Assembly: GCA_040285855.1 (NCBI GenBank)
Contig: JAUFOQ010000018.1
Location: forward strand, 372,001-436,000
Origin: Eukaryota sp. GEM-RC1
Lineage: Eukaryota
Direction of reading: 5' to 3'
DNA length: 64,000 bases
Position numbers and translations under genes: made by a program. Positions 48,193-60,719 of this stretch are shown here, one piece after another. The first letter of the stretch is position 1. Each line of letters starts with the position of its first letter. The notes beneath the pieces are model-generated. The model ran no database searches, was not told the DNA's origin, and saw only the letters and a list, made by a program, of their open reading frames with translations.

Positions 48193-49553
48193 ATGAGTTT
48201 TTCTTTTGGACAACCCACAACTCAACAACAAACCACAGGGTCAACACCATCTTTTTCTTTTGGACAACCCACAACTCAACAACAAACCACAGGATCAACA
48301 CCGTCTTTTTCTTTTGGTCAATCTCCAACTCAACAACAAACCACAGGGTCAACACCATCTTTTTCCTTTGGACAACCCACAACTCAACAACAAACCACAG
48401 GGTCAACACCATCTTTTTCCTTTGGACAACCCACAACTCAACAACAAACCACAGGGTCAACACCATCTTTTTCTTTTGGACAACCCACAACTCAACAACA
48501 AACCACAGGATCAACACCATCTTTTTCTTTTGGACAACCCTCAACTCAACAACAAACCACAGGATCAACACCATCTTTTTCTTTTGGACAACCCTCAACT
48601 CAACAACAAACCACAGGATCAACACCATCTTTTTCTTTTGGACAACCCTCAACTCAACCTCCAAGTTCTCTGCCTTCTGCCGCTCTCACTCTTCGTCACA
48701 TCACCTCTACTCATCATCTCTTATCCCTATCTCCTATGATCGCGTTTCAACTCATCGCTTCTGCTTATGATCATGGTCCTGCAGGTGTCTTCAAATGGCT
48801 ACTTTTCTCAAAGAAAACTCAACCAACAACTTCTACCTCTTCCTTTGGTGGTTTTGGTGCAGGCTCATCTCTATTTGGAGGCACGTCTTCTTTTGGAACT
48901 TCTTCTTTTGGAAGTTCTACTACAAGCGGAGCTAATCAAATTGTTACTGAGAAACCATCTGATATTGACATGACAATGTGGAGCAAAGCTTTGGAACGGA
49001 ATCCTAATCCATCAGAATACGGCATTGTCGTGATAAGAAGTCCTCAAGATTTGATCAATAGAGTGACTAAACAAAAAGAAACTGTTAAAACTCAATTGAG
49101 CTCAATTGAAGAGATCAAAAGAAAGTTTTTGATTTACAGTCGAAAATCGAGTCTGAATTGTGGAACAAGATTTCTGAAATCAGAAGTGGGCAAGTAAGTA
49201 CCTTTCATCGCCTTCTAAATCTGGCTGCTTTGATTGATGGAACAGCTGGAAGAGGAAGGCCTTTGACTTCTCAAGAAATCGTGCTTTCATCACGTTTACT
49301 TTCCATTCAAAAGTCTCTAGAAGGACCACAGAGTTTAAAATCACGTCTTCGAGAACTTTTGCCTAAAGTCTTGGCCTATGAAAGTGACTCTGCGAAACTT
49401 GTTTGTTCATTTGAGGTGGATGAATCTAGTATGGATATTGTTGGCAAAGTGCTTGGAAACCAAGGAAGAACTTTGGGGGTAATTATAGATATCTTCCAAA
49501 AGACCACGGCTATTGTTAATAAGATGAATACGGAGATTGAAAGGTTTACATAA
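48193..49553 (+). CDS. NUP54: FG nucleoporin Nup54
   Basis: N-terminal FSFG repeats; KP..ID...W..A...NPNP......I....DL..R...Q Nup54 core; coiled coil continues in 49158..49553 after a frameshift at A4 (~49117). Confidence 0.85.
48196..48657 (+). repeat. 54-nt coding tandem repeat, 8 full units plus 1 partial (SFSFGQPTTQQQTTGSTP)
   Basis: Direct inspection; period 54 nt. Confidence 0.97.
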
Positions 49554-50660
49554 TTAGTTTCTTGCAGTGTTGTTGCCGGGTTTTTGCTTTGTCATATCTT
49601 ATGGACTTGTTTTTGGCTGCGTTGTACTCTTGATCTATTTAAAAACTTGTGCGAACATGGAAATTTGGTGATAAAAAAATCCGTATGTTTGTGTTTAAAT
49701 GAGTTTTTAAAATATTCAGCCTACCATATCATTTAGCTCCCAATACAAGCTAAAACCAAGCTAAAGCTGTACAATCATACCCTTTACTAGGCTTGTATTA
49801 GGGTCATTAAGTCTCTCATTTGTTTAATAAAAGAATATTGATGACTATAGCACCAACATTGTATTGAAAAATAGATATAGCCGACCAGTAAACATTTATT
49901 CTAACTTTGCAAAAGGAAGAAATCTTAAAAAGCAGCTTTAAGAAGATAAATTCTCCTACATTAACACGAAGAACTCTATCTTTAGCACTTTTTTCAATAA
50001 AACTTGAGGATGCTACTCTAGAGTGCAAACATAATTCTTTCAATCTATACAGAACAGTGAACGCTAACACGTTACAAAATTGAATCTAACACGTGTTACC
50101 ACGCGTGTTACGTGTCATCGTTCACTGCAAGATATCGGGTCGAATTTTTTTTGGAAAATTAACTTTGTAAAGTGGTTTTCTTGTTGTTAGTTAATATGGG
50201 ATTTTTTTTTTGATATGTGCAATATTCTTATCTTTCATTACTCAAATCAATTATATCCCTTTCTTAAAACGTCGTTGGACAATTAAGAGAAAATTTATCG
50301 AGACATTGCTTGGTGTATTGACCTGTTAGACTCTTGAATCAAAATTACTACATTGTAGTAATAGATGTGAGTAAAGGTATTTCCTTTGTACTGCTTCAGG
50401 TGTGTTTTTACGAGGACAAGAATCATCTTTTGAGACCATTAAATTATTCCATATTATTATATTATTCAATTTTCTCTAAAGCTTGGCTGAAATTGATGAG
50501 ACTAAGATTCCATATCATCGTGTGCAACCCTAGTGTGATGGTTAATGTAAAATGCTAACTCTTTATCAGATAAGATGAACGGAAGTCTTGGTTGAAGAAA
50601 ATACAACCAACTTTACTACCTCACATACTAGTAGTACATCAAACCCCCTTTCATTCTATA

Positions 50661-51696
50661 ATGGATCTTGGCATTTCTGACGATAGTCTTAATGACTTGC
50701 CAGACATCGATGATGCTGAACCTACTCATGATACCTACTCTAGAAATAGACAAGATGTTACGACCTTCAGACCTCCAACTTCTTCTGCTACGCCCAAACT
50801 CAGCATTTCAGAAGCCATTGAGAAGAGCTAAAGCGGCATCCAGAAATGCCGCTGAACGTTCTCGTACAATAGCACACAGACCAACATCACCTCCCAAACC
50901 TCTACAGACATCTTCTTCTCTTCAAAATATCTCCCCTCCCCAATCTCAAAATCACGTGACTAATCACGTGGTTAATCCAAAATGGATTTTACTCCTAATG
51001 TACAGGAGTCTATATCAGAAGAAATTCAAGAAGAAATATCTGGGGTAACGAATCCGATTCACAATTATTCGTCAGAGTTTGAGAAATTCTCTGAAGATTT
51101 TGAGTCAGAAACTATTCCTGATGACGTTCCCGTGATTAAGAAACATTATTCTTCGACACCTTCTCAAAATTTACAAAAATTAAATGTTTCAAACAATCAA
51201 ATTGTTTCCAAATCGGTCGAGTGCTGTGAAACAAAGTTCAAAATTTGAAAATGTGTCAAATATTTCAACAGAAAAGGTTTCGGTCATTTGCCAAACGGAA
51301 TCGGAAGAACACAAAATATTTGTAGACAAGGGAATTAACATTTCTGACGGGTTATTTTCTACTCAAAAAACTGATGATGATGATGTAAGAAATCCTCCTT
51401 ATTTAAATTATTTAAATTTTTCTGATACTCTGCGGAATCAGTGTTCTTGCACCTTGGAAAAACATTGTCAAAACCAATTGCGAAATACTTATATTACTTC
51501 AACAAGACAAAGCTTGATGGAATTGGAATTAAAATTGGTTGAAAATTCTCGAGAATTTTTAAATCTAAAGCCAAGGTTTAGATATACAAATCTCAAGGAT
51601 TCTCTCAAAGAACTTAAAAAATATAGAAACAAAGGAAAGTTTAAAAAGCAAAACGACAAGTCTTCACGAACCTCGAGAAAAGTGACTCTTGTATAA
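50661..51696 (+). CDS. Hypothetical low-complexity protein split by about three frameshifts; C-terminus weakly resembles DUF4614/C19orf44
   Basis: Four overlapping ORFs chained from ATG 50661; ends FRYTNLKDSLKELKKYR. The family call is tentative. Confidence 0.5.
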
Positions 51697-53309
51697 TTCA
51701 ATTGTACATAAATTAAAAACTTCTTAAAATTTGACAATTTTGGCTTTTATAGAGATGTATATTATTTTTTAGGTTAATATTGGACTCTTTTTCTATTTTA
51801 ATGGTCTTTTTTATTATCTAAATTCGTGTCGGACAGTTCTTGCCTTTCCCAACTCATATGTGTGAGTCAATAATACGTGATGATGTCACGTGATAACACG
51901 CAAGATGCCAAACCAAGCATATGAAACCAGTATGCATCTATTATTTTCCTTTATATTTTTTTGACTCCAGATTGGTTTTTACATTCTTTAAGTTATACCA
52001 TATTAAAAAAAAAGTTTTACGCTGGCAACTAATTCATTAATTGAAGTTTTGCTTTATCGAGCATTATAGCAAAAATTCGATTGGGGTCGAAAAAATTATT
52101 GAAATTTTTCAAATTTATAATCTTCAATTGCAAAGCACATCTACATCAGAATCTCCGACTTTCCACATCTTCAATGTTGCAATTTTTACTTCATAGATGG
52201 TCTATTTTGAGCTCTTGTTTGTCTGTTCTCAGTTTACTGTATCCTGGAATGGTTTTCAAATATCATTCTTAATTCTCCAAAAAAACCATCATTTCTTCGA
52301 ATTATGTGTAAACTCTTTTTTTCTGTATTTTAAAAAAATACCCAGACCATAAGATACTAGTAGTTGGCTATATGGATGATATTTCTATTATTGGTCCCCA
52401 TGAATTATTAAAAAGGTCGCTGTGGAAGTGGCTGATATTTATGAAACATTGGGTTTACCTCTGAACCCAGACAAATGTTTATTCATTGGTAGATCTACAC
52501 AAGAATTATTTATTAATGGAGTTCAGATTCCATTTATTAAGTATGTTGAAGACGCTTTTCGTTTTCTAGGATGTTGGCTTGGGAATGTTCCTAAGAAGTA
52601 TCTAATTGTTTGGAAAAAATTGGTTCGGAACTCAACACAAATTCTTCATATGATATTGAAAAACATATCAAGTTTTTAATTTTAAAAATTTGCTACTCCG
52701 GAAAAATCACACATCTTTTGAGATCTACTGCTCCTTCAATCGCTCTGAATTTTTGTAGACCTTTTAATGAGTTGAGGATTAATTTTTTTGCTTCATTGTT
52801 AGAAGTTGATTCAACGTTACTTAGAAGTCATTTGTTTACTTTTGCTCATTTTGGTGGTATTGCTTTTTACCAAATCTTCAATTCTTTCCAAATCTGCTTC
52901 TTTAGGCGGTGGAAAAATTTCATCTTTGAATTTGTTAATCGATTCCCTAATGATATTTCACTTATTAACTCCAATTCATGTAAATATTTATTTGACTTAA
53001 ACGAAGCGTTAATCAAATTACTTTTTTACGTTTGGTCTCAGTGTTTCCCAGAATCTGTATCTGAAATACCTGAAAGATCTTTGACTAATCTTCAGTTCTG
53101 TCTGAAAAATTACAACAGAAACTTACAAATATTTTTGAAAGTTTGGATTATAATGTTCGACTTGGCATGGTCAAGGAAAAAATGCCGCTTTTGCAAATTT
53201 CTTACTGGATGTTTCTAATAGCCATGCTTCATGTCTGATTACTCAAATCCCTCAAGTTTATGGTCTTTTTCTTGATGATAACTCTTGGTCATTAAACATG
53301 TGTTTACGG

Positions 53310-55292
53310 CAGGGGTCGGGAAAAAATATTTCTATTGCAATATTTAAATATTTTTCATGAAAAATATTTATTTTTTGTACACGTAGATAAAAAATATTTA
53401 TTTTAATCTTTTGCAATACTGTATTTATTGCAATTATTATTTTTTGGAGTAAAAATAAATGATTTGTTGAGATGAAGAAAATGATACATAACAGAAGATG
53501 TGAAGTTCATTTTAACTATTCTGTTCTTGCTATGTCTCTCAAGCCTAAGGATACGGCCAAATTCTACTTTCGGAAGGTTACTCCAACCCCAAACAACTGC
53601 CCTGAACACAAAGAAGCTTGGCAATGTCGTCTTTGTCCCAACATGATCCCCCCTGTATATTCAGCCAAGAACTGGATACACGTACACAAATGCCACCCAA
53701 ACTTCAACGAAGAAATGATCGCCGCCAAAAACAACGCAACCATCAGTCGATTCTTAACACCTGTTTTGCCAGACAAGCCGCACAACATTTTCCGATGGCT
53801 GGAATGGTGTATTGAGAATCAAATGGCATTTACATTTGTTCAAGATCCAATGATTCAAAAAAACTGCAATCTTGACCCAATTGATGTTAAGACATTGGTG
53901 AAGTACATGAGACTCTTGTACACCGAAGTTTGTGCTAAGGTAGCCCAGTTGTTGCCTGAGGAATTTGGACTGATGTTTGACGGATGGAAGCACCCAACAG
54001 GAACCACAGAGTTCGTTGGGATGTTTGCGTGTTTTCCGCAGAAGAGTAGACCAGTTTTACTATCTCTGTTTCCGTTCGAACTGGACGAGGTTTATGACGA
54101 GAGCAGTCCATTTAAATCATCCAACGTTGTATTTGGTGCCGAACAATACAAAGAAAGAATCGCTATTGTGTTGTCAGCGTATGACAAAACTGTAGATGAC
54201 TTACTGTTTCTCGTTGGAGACAGCTGTGCTACCAACACTCGTCTTGCAGACATACTGTGTATACCTTTGATTGGTTGTGCTTCGCATAGATTTGCAAATG
54301 AAGTCAAGAAATTTTCTGGTGATTTAGATCCCATTTTGAAAGACATTGATGATCTTTTCACTCAATTGAGACATATCAAAAACACTCTCGTTCTGAAAAC
54401 CAACACTTCCTTGAGACCTTTGAGGCGGAATTCTACAAGATGGTGGTCTACCATTGCTATGTTGAAGAGATTTTTTCAATACATTGATAGAAAGTCCTTT
54501 GATCTCTTTGACGAAAGTGTCACTCAATTTGTCCCTTCTTTTTCTGAACAGCAACGTTTGAAAACATTGATGAAACAATATGAAACTTTTCATGTGCTCA
54601 CGCTTTATCTTCAGCGGGAAAGCATTCCTTTACACCAAATTCACGCTTCACTGGAACTTTTTCATCAAAGATTTCCCACCATGAATCAATACACAAGCTA
54701 TCCTAGCAGTAAACAACACAGCCCTGTGTTTGAATCTGCTATCATCAAAATACTAAATGGTCATGAAGACAGACTCTCAACAGCTGAACAAACCAGTGTT
54801 GCGTCCTTTCTTAAAGAGGATGTGGAAGAAACCGATATTGAAGAAGAGGATGGCGACAATGACGAAAATGAAGAGTCAGATGTTACCAATTTCGAAGGTG
54901 CACTTGATTCGAATGGCCAACCCGACAAGCCAACCAGTAAGTACATTGATTTGAAGTGGATTCCAGGTACTTCTAATGTATTAGAACGATTGTTTAGTAG
55001 GGCTAAGCATACATTAGGAGATTACCGATGTTCTCTGTCAGATAGCAGTTTAGAACAGCAATTGTATCTGTTGTACAACAGAGATCTTTGGAACGAAGAC
55101 GATGTAAGAAAAATTATTTCTAAAAGACCCTAAAAGAGGAAAATTTTGATACTGTTATATATAAAATATTTAAATATTTATTGCAATTTTCTACTTATTG
55201 CAATATTTATTTTTTGAGTATATTTTGAAAAAATATTTATTGGGCAATAAAAAAATACATTATTTTATTTAAATATTTTTTCCCGACCCCTG
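53310..55292 (+). mobile_element. Autonomous hAT transposon
   Basis: Perfect 22-bp TIR CAGGGGTCGGGAAAAAATATTT; 8-bp TSD GTTTACGG (53302-53309, 55293-55300); ATATTTATT subterminal repeats. Confidence 0.97.
53472..55133 (+). CDS. hAT transposase, intact
   Basis: BED-like CRLC..H...H, FDGW (D), VGDSC (D), CASH (CxxH), TRWWST and LERLFS (E). Start is 53472 or 53532. Confidence 0.95.
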   Translation: MKKMIHNRRCEVHFNYSVLAMSLKPKDTAKFYFRKVTPTPNNCPEHKEAWQCRLCPNMIPPVYSAKNWIHVHKCHPNFNEEMIAAKNNATISRFLTPVLPDKPHNIFRWLEWCIENQMAFTFVQDPMIQKNCNLDPIDVKTLVKYMRLLYTEVCAKVAQLLPEEFGLMFDGWKHPTGTTEFVGMFACFPQKSRPVLLSLFPFELDEVYDESSPFKSSNVVFGAEQYKERIAIVLSAYDKTVDDLLFLVGDSCATNTRLADILCIPLIGCASHRFANEVKKFSGDLDPILKDIDDLFTQLRHIKNTLVLKTNTSLRPLRRNSTRWWSTIAMLKRFFQYIDRKSFDLFDESVTQFVPSFSEQQRLKTLMKQYETFHVLTLYLQRESIPLHQIHASLELFHQRFPTMNQYTSYPSSKQHSPVFESAIIKILNGHEDRLSTAEQTSVASFLKEDVEETDIEEEDGDNDENEESDVTNFEGALDSNGQPDKPTSKYIDLKWIPGTSNVLERLFSRAKHTLGDYRCSLSDSSLEQQLYLLYNRDLWNEDDVRKIISKRP

Positions 55293-55448
55293 GTTTACGG
55301 TCATATATTTGGCCTGATAACCTTCCACATAATTTGAAATGCCAATGTGGGCAATCTGTAACACCTACACATTTATTGAATTGTAACCGTTTTAGTTCTT
55401 TTAGAAGTAAGGTTCATGATTCGGTAAGGGATCAATTATATTGTATGT

Positions 55449-56084
55449 CATAGTTGGGAAATACACTTTTTGTATTATTTGTATTTTTTGTATTTTTCTG
55501 TATTTTTCTGTATTTTTTAAAATCGGTTTTAAGTGTTGTTTTTGTATTTTTTGTATTTTTCCAGAAAGCTAATTTTGATTATCCAAGTAGTCATATGCCT
55601 CGAATATGCATGTTTCGGTTGTCAGAACAACTAATCAGTCCATAAATCAGTAACATTAAGTTATGAATCTACTTAACAAACACAACATTCATAGTATTCT
55701 TCTGTAAAACACATTTTGGTTATGCCCAGTACCTTTGAATTGGTCGTAAAATAGACGGACTAATTAATTAAGATTGTTTTATAATTGAGACGTGATCAAA
55801 ATACACAATCAACGACACCAAATTTGAGATGATGAAAGTTCCAGATACACTTTGCAAAATGTAAACACTCAATGTGAGTGGTAAATCAGAATGTAGCAGC
55901 TGATCATGTCTCCGGATTAACCGAAAGTGACGTTGATTGTTGATATTAAGCGGTACTTCTAATATTTCAACAAAAGCAAATACCAAAATATATTTATGTT
56001 AGAAATTTGTATTTTTTTGTATTTTTTGTATTTTTTGTATTTTTGTGTATTTTATTTTCGGAGGTGGTGTATTTCCCAACTATG
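55449..56084. mobile_element. 636-bp hAT-type MITE
   Basis: 18-bp TIR CATAGTTGGGAAATACAC; 8-bp TSD TTGTATGT; TTTTGTA subterminal repeats; the empty site is visible in the paralogous copy at ~35643. Confidence 0.93.
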
Positions 56085-56659
56085 TTGTATGTGTAAATCT
56101 TATGGCATAGTTTCCTTTTTAGAACCAGTTTTGGCTGGTTTGTTTGATGATACAGATGTTGACAAATCGTTTGGGAATAGCCATGGTGATGTCATATTTC
56201 TTGGTCTCGATGGTTCTTTCATTCTTGCTGATGTTATGTCTATCGACGTTTGTAATGGGTCCAACAAGAAACTTAGTGATAAAAACCCTCTGTTGATTGG
56301 TGAAAAATTTCAAAAAGAAAAATATTGTGCTAAATTGAAATTATTGAATTCGGCTTCACACTCGAACTCGAATTACTTGTTATACCCCTTTGTATTTTCA
56401 GTGTACGGTTCTTTAGGTGAATCTGCAACATCACTACTTGAAATCTTTGTGAAGATTGTAAAAGTCGAATTGTGTTTGCTATCTTTAAAGGTATGGTTAC
56501 TTCTGTATCTAGTGCTTTATTATCTCTTGGCAACCATTATGCAGATAAGGTAGGTGAAAATTTCCAGATAGGCAATCTGGACTTTGAGGATATTGATTAT
56601 TAGATGTATGTACACTGTACTGTTGTTGTCAATAAAACTTGTCAATAAAGTAAATAATA

Positions 56660-59600
56660 TTACATAAAGTTCCGATTAAAAGAAATCTTGGATTTAGATG
56701 TCGGCAAACAAGTGGCTTTGCAATGTTACAAGCTTGTGTCACAGGAAAAATTAATCGTATTCTTCGAGATCTTCTTCTTGAAGTGACTTGTAATTATTCA
56801 AATTTTAAATTTATTCAATTTCGCTCAGTTCTTCATAATGCTGTAAGAGATGTTACATTTGAAATGTTTAAGGCTCATGGATTTCATGTCAAAGTTGAAC
56901 CTTTATTTAGTAAGTTGGGTCTTGATTTAATTAATAATTCTCGTCGAGGTGACTTACATGGTCCTTTTGTTGATTCTAGTCAAATTATCCTTGATGTTAT
57001 AACAGTAGATCCATGTGCTCAAACTTATGTTAATGGCTTGAATTCAAAAGGTTTTAATCACCTAGAAACAGCTGAAAACCGTAAAATTGATTTGTATTCC
57101 AAAGATGCTGCTAAACTCAATCAAAATGTATATATATTCAAAATTTGTATTTGTTCCATTTGCTATTTCTATTTTCGGTAGTATTGGTGAAATGGCTTCC
57201 AAGTTTTTAACTGATTTTGGATCTATGTGTAAGTCTCAGAATAAGAGATTTAACTTATCAATTTGGCATAACCGTTTGTTTTCTTTGTTCCGTTCGGTGC
57301 CTAAGTTCTTTGAATCAATTTTCACAAAGTTGTATAAAAACTGTGGTACTTTTGACCAGGAATTTTCGGTGTCTAGTGTTTCATAGCTTTGATTATGATA
57401 TGTATTTTTGTACCCTCCATCAATAAACTGTCTTTATTATTCAAGAAATTTTGGCAAAATGAAAACAAAATGTATATGTAGTTTAGTAGGCAATGGTGAT
57501 TCATTACCTGTTCATTGTTTGAGTTCAGCAGAATTTGGTGGAATTGGATTCTCAAAAGCAAAATATTTACCCGAAGGGTCCTTTCTAGGATGTCTCATGA
57601 ATTCTTCATATTAATATCGTGAACTTTTCAAAGATTGTTGGACTGCTGGTGGTATATATTGATCACAATGTTTGTGCTTCTGAGTTTGAATAATTTTATC
57701 GAAAATCTTAATGCCGAAGTATGGTTTCCTGTTTCAGTGAGTCAATTCCCAAGACGCTCTATTTTCTCACTTCCAATGGGCTTTTTTTAACGGACGTTTC
57801 AAGTGCTGGTGCGTCTTCTTTAGTCATTCGCTATCCTCAACGCTTCAATTTTAATTTGAATGATCAAGAATGGGTAATTAATATGCGTTTGAGATTGGGC
57901 CTCTGGCGTAATGGTCTACTTCAACAGTCTAAGTACATCTGTAGTGCTTCAAAGCATGCTTCATTTCATCACATTGTTAATTGCCCTGAATTTATTCAGA
58001 TGAGATCTGTCCTTCACAACAGTATTCGTGATCAATGTCTTTCTTTATTTAAATCAAACGGATTTCATGGTAAAATTGAACTTCTATTGTCCGCGTTTTC
58101 TGATTCTTTCATTCGTGATAAGAGTCGTGATTTAATTGGTCCATGCTTAAATTGTGAAGAAGTTGTTTTGGATTCCCCCACTGTGGATCCATGTAATGAT
58201 ACTGCTAGTAGCAAAACATTGTATGATCCATTTCATATTTAATTGATAGTGTTGACCAGGGCCTACGGAAAAATATTTGTATTTAAATATTTACAATAAA
58301 TTATTTTATTTATTTTTTCAAGTTGGGTTTCTCCATTATGTATTTTGTGAAAACAGAAAATAAAAAATTATTTTTATATTTTTTGCTCTCTCACCGGACA
58401 ACGTATGAAGGTGAAAACTGCAACATGTTGCAGTCCGTCACATTTTCAACTCAGTACGGTCTTCATCATGTACTGAGACTAGATACAGAACTCATTGCAG
58501 TAGAAAAGCGTACACTTTCTAAACTATTTTGATTCGATTTTAAACTGTCTCTTTGAATTGAGCATGAATATGAGATGATGTAGTGGTCATGGTAGCTCCT
58601 TTATTAGTCGAGCTCAGATAAATTTCTAGTCGATTTCTAGTCGAGTCGAGTCGAGTCGTGCACAGGTCTAAATTATATTGGTAATGTTGGCAAAATTAAG
58701 GAGACTTTATCACATAAGAATAATTGTGTCTTTCAGCAGCTTAACTAAATCGATAGATCATTGATCTAGATGTAGGCAAACAAGTTTCTTTTGCTATGCT
58801 GAAGTTTCTTTTGGTGGTAAAATTAATCACTTTTAACGTGGTTTACCGCCTGAACTAACTCTCGAATTATCTCGTAATTTTAATTCATTGCGCACAAATT
58901 TTGTTAGTTATCTGGTTGGTAACAAAGACTCTTCACTTCCTTCTCATTATTTCACTTCTACTTCTTTTGGTGGTATTGGTTTCCAAGAAAGATAAGTACA
59001 TGCGTGATGGTGCCTTTTTTGGGGTCTTTAAAGAAGTTTTTGTTTGAATTTCAGAATCGTTATCCTGTGTCATGGAAAACGAACGATTCTTTACTTCACT
59101 CACCTTGTACATGGTTAATTAGTCTTCAAAATTTAATTGATAGTCTTGACTCCAATTTGTGGTCAGATTTATTTCCTGTCGGGGTAACAGAAATTCAGCA
59201 GAGAAGCATTTTCTCTTTGCCTTTGTGTGTTCGTAAGTTACAGATAAAGTTTGTTTTGTTTCACGAAAGCTTGGACTTTAAAAACCGTATTAGCTTGGCT
59301 AAGACTAAGAGTCCCGTTTTTTGTGCTTTTTTGAATGATATTTCTTCAAGTGCTGCGTCTCCATTTGTTTCTCGTTTGCCAAGAAAATTTTGTTTTAATC
59401 TTAAGGATCATGAATGGCTTAACATGATACTTAGGTTAGGTTTATGGATTTCAGGTCTTTTGAAGCATTCTCCTGTGACTTTGTGGTCGTTCAAAGGCTT
59501 CAAATTTTCATCATTTAGTTAACTGTCATCAATTTATTCATTTTGGGTCAATTATTCTCAACAGTATCCGGGATACATGTTTGGATATGTTTAAGGCTAA

Positions 59601-60540
59601 CGGTTTTCATGGAAAAATTAGACCTTTACTTACTAATCTTTCTGATAAGCCAAAAGTTGATAGAAGTCGTGGTGATTTGATTGGTCCTTGGTTATCTTGT
59701 CAGGAAATTATCATGGATTTCACGACTGTTGATCCTTGTAATTCACGATCAATTTCCAAATTTTTTGATGATTTTTCTGCTCTTGAAGTGGCTGAAAAAG
59801 GAAAAATACAAAGTACTGTCACTTAATTAACCAATAGAATGTTGACAGATACAATTCTTTTGTGTTTCAACCTTTTGCAATGTCGATATACGATAATATT
59901 GGACCAGCTGCACAAGGTTTTTTAACTTCCTTTGGTAAATTGTGTTCTGAGTACGGTAAAGTTTTCAATGAATATTTTTGGTTGAGTAGGTTAACTTTTG
60001 CGTTGTTTCATTCAATGCACAGATATTTTAATTCAATTTTAGGTAAGTTGTTCGGTGATGGACAGAAGGATCATAGTTCAGATACTTTAGTTAGTGTCTG
60101 TTAGTTATTAACTTCTGCAAATTCATTTACTTCAATGACTGATCTTAAACCCCGTTTTTTATGACAATTGTAAAAGAAAAAACATCTAGGACATTTGATC
60201 TTAGATTTTGGAAAAATCGAATTGTGTTATCTTTAAAGGTATGGTGACTTCTATCTTGGCAGACATTATGAGAATAAGGTACGTGAGAATTTCCACATAG
60301 GCAATCTGGACTTTGAGGATTATTAGATGTATGTAAACTGTAGTGTTGTTGTCAATAAAAACTGTTAGACAAAAAAATAGTTTTGGTTGAATCGTATTGT
60401 TTTTACAATATTTAAAACAATTCCTATCATGATTTCAAAAGCTCTATTAGCTCTCAGTGAGAAAAAGCTGATGTGAGGTGTGATTGTGGCTTTGAGTTCT
60501 AGTATTTGTGTTTATCTTAGTTTTTTTTTGTTCCATAGAA
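56660..60540 (+). mobile_element. Cluster of head-to-tail truncated CRE-type fragments from several families
   Basis: Repeated H..VRD..FK..GFH, RGDL and D.TTVDPC motifs at ~56.8-57.1, 58.0-58.2 and 59.5-59.8 kb; further 3' tails at 60140-60360 and 60385-60540. Confidence 0.85.
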
Positions 60541-60719
60541 GGTGAAATTTCAAGAAAAAACAACTACAGCTTTGTCCTCATAAAAAGAACTCACAGCTAA
60601 TATAACTTTGGAGAGGAGATTTTTCCGAACTTACAGTATTCAATAAATAAAATCTTTTGGAAACATTGAACGAAATATAGAAAAAACAAGAAGGTCCCTC
60701 CAAAAACTAAGAGAGAGAT

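Larger units (their letters stand above)
52330..56636 (+). mobile_element. 5'-truncated CRE-type non-LTR element carrying two nested DNA transposons
   Basis: YMDD, LGLPLNPDKC, FRFLG, CYSGKITHLLRS and an endonuclease remnant; interrupted at 53310-55292 and 55449-56084. Confidence 0.88.

Noticed and set aside
48196..48657. CRISPR-like array
   Set aside because: No unique spacers; it is an in-frame FG-repeat coding minisatellite. The other-frame and antisense ORFs over it are by-products.
1010..51250. Frequent frameshifts in conserved genes as programmed ribosomal frameshifting or RNA editing (Euplotes-like)
   Set aside because: The shifts I examined fall at homopolymer runs of any base, go in both directions (missing T/A/G, extra C) and share no slippery-plus-stop motif. 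This is typical of long-read consensus error; short-read polishing would settle it.
50085..51900. CACGTG E-box-like clusters as regulatory sites
   Set aside because: The hexamer also occurs inside coding regions, and enrichment cannot be shown without statistics.
58257..58670. DNA transposon bounded by CAGGGCCTACGG.. and ..GTCGAGTCGTGCACAGGTCTA
   Set aside because: The two ends are not inverted repeats of each other and there is no TSD; at most two unrelated end remnants.
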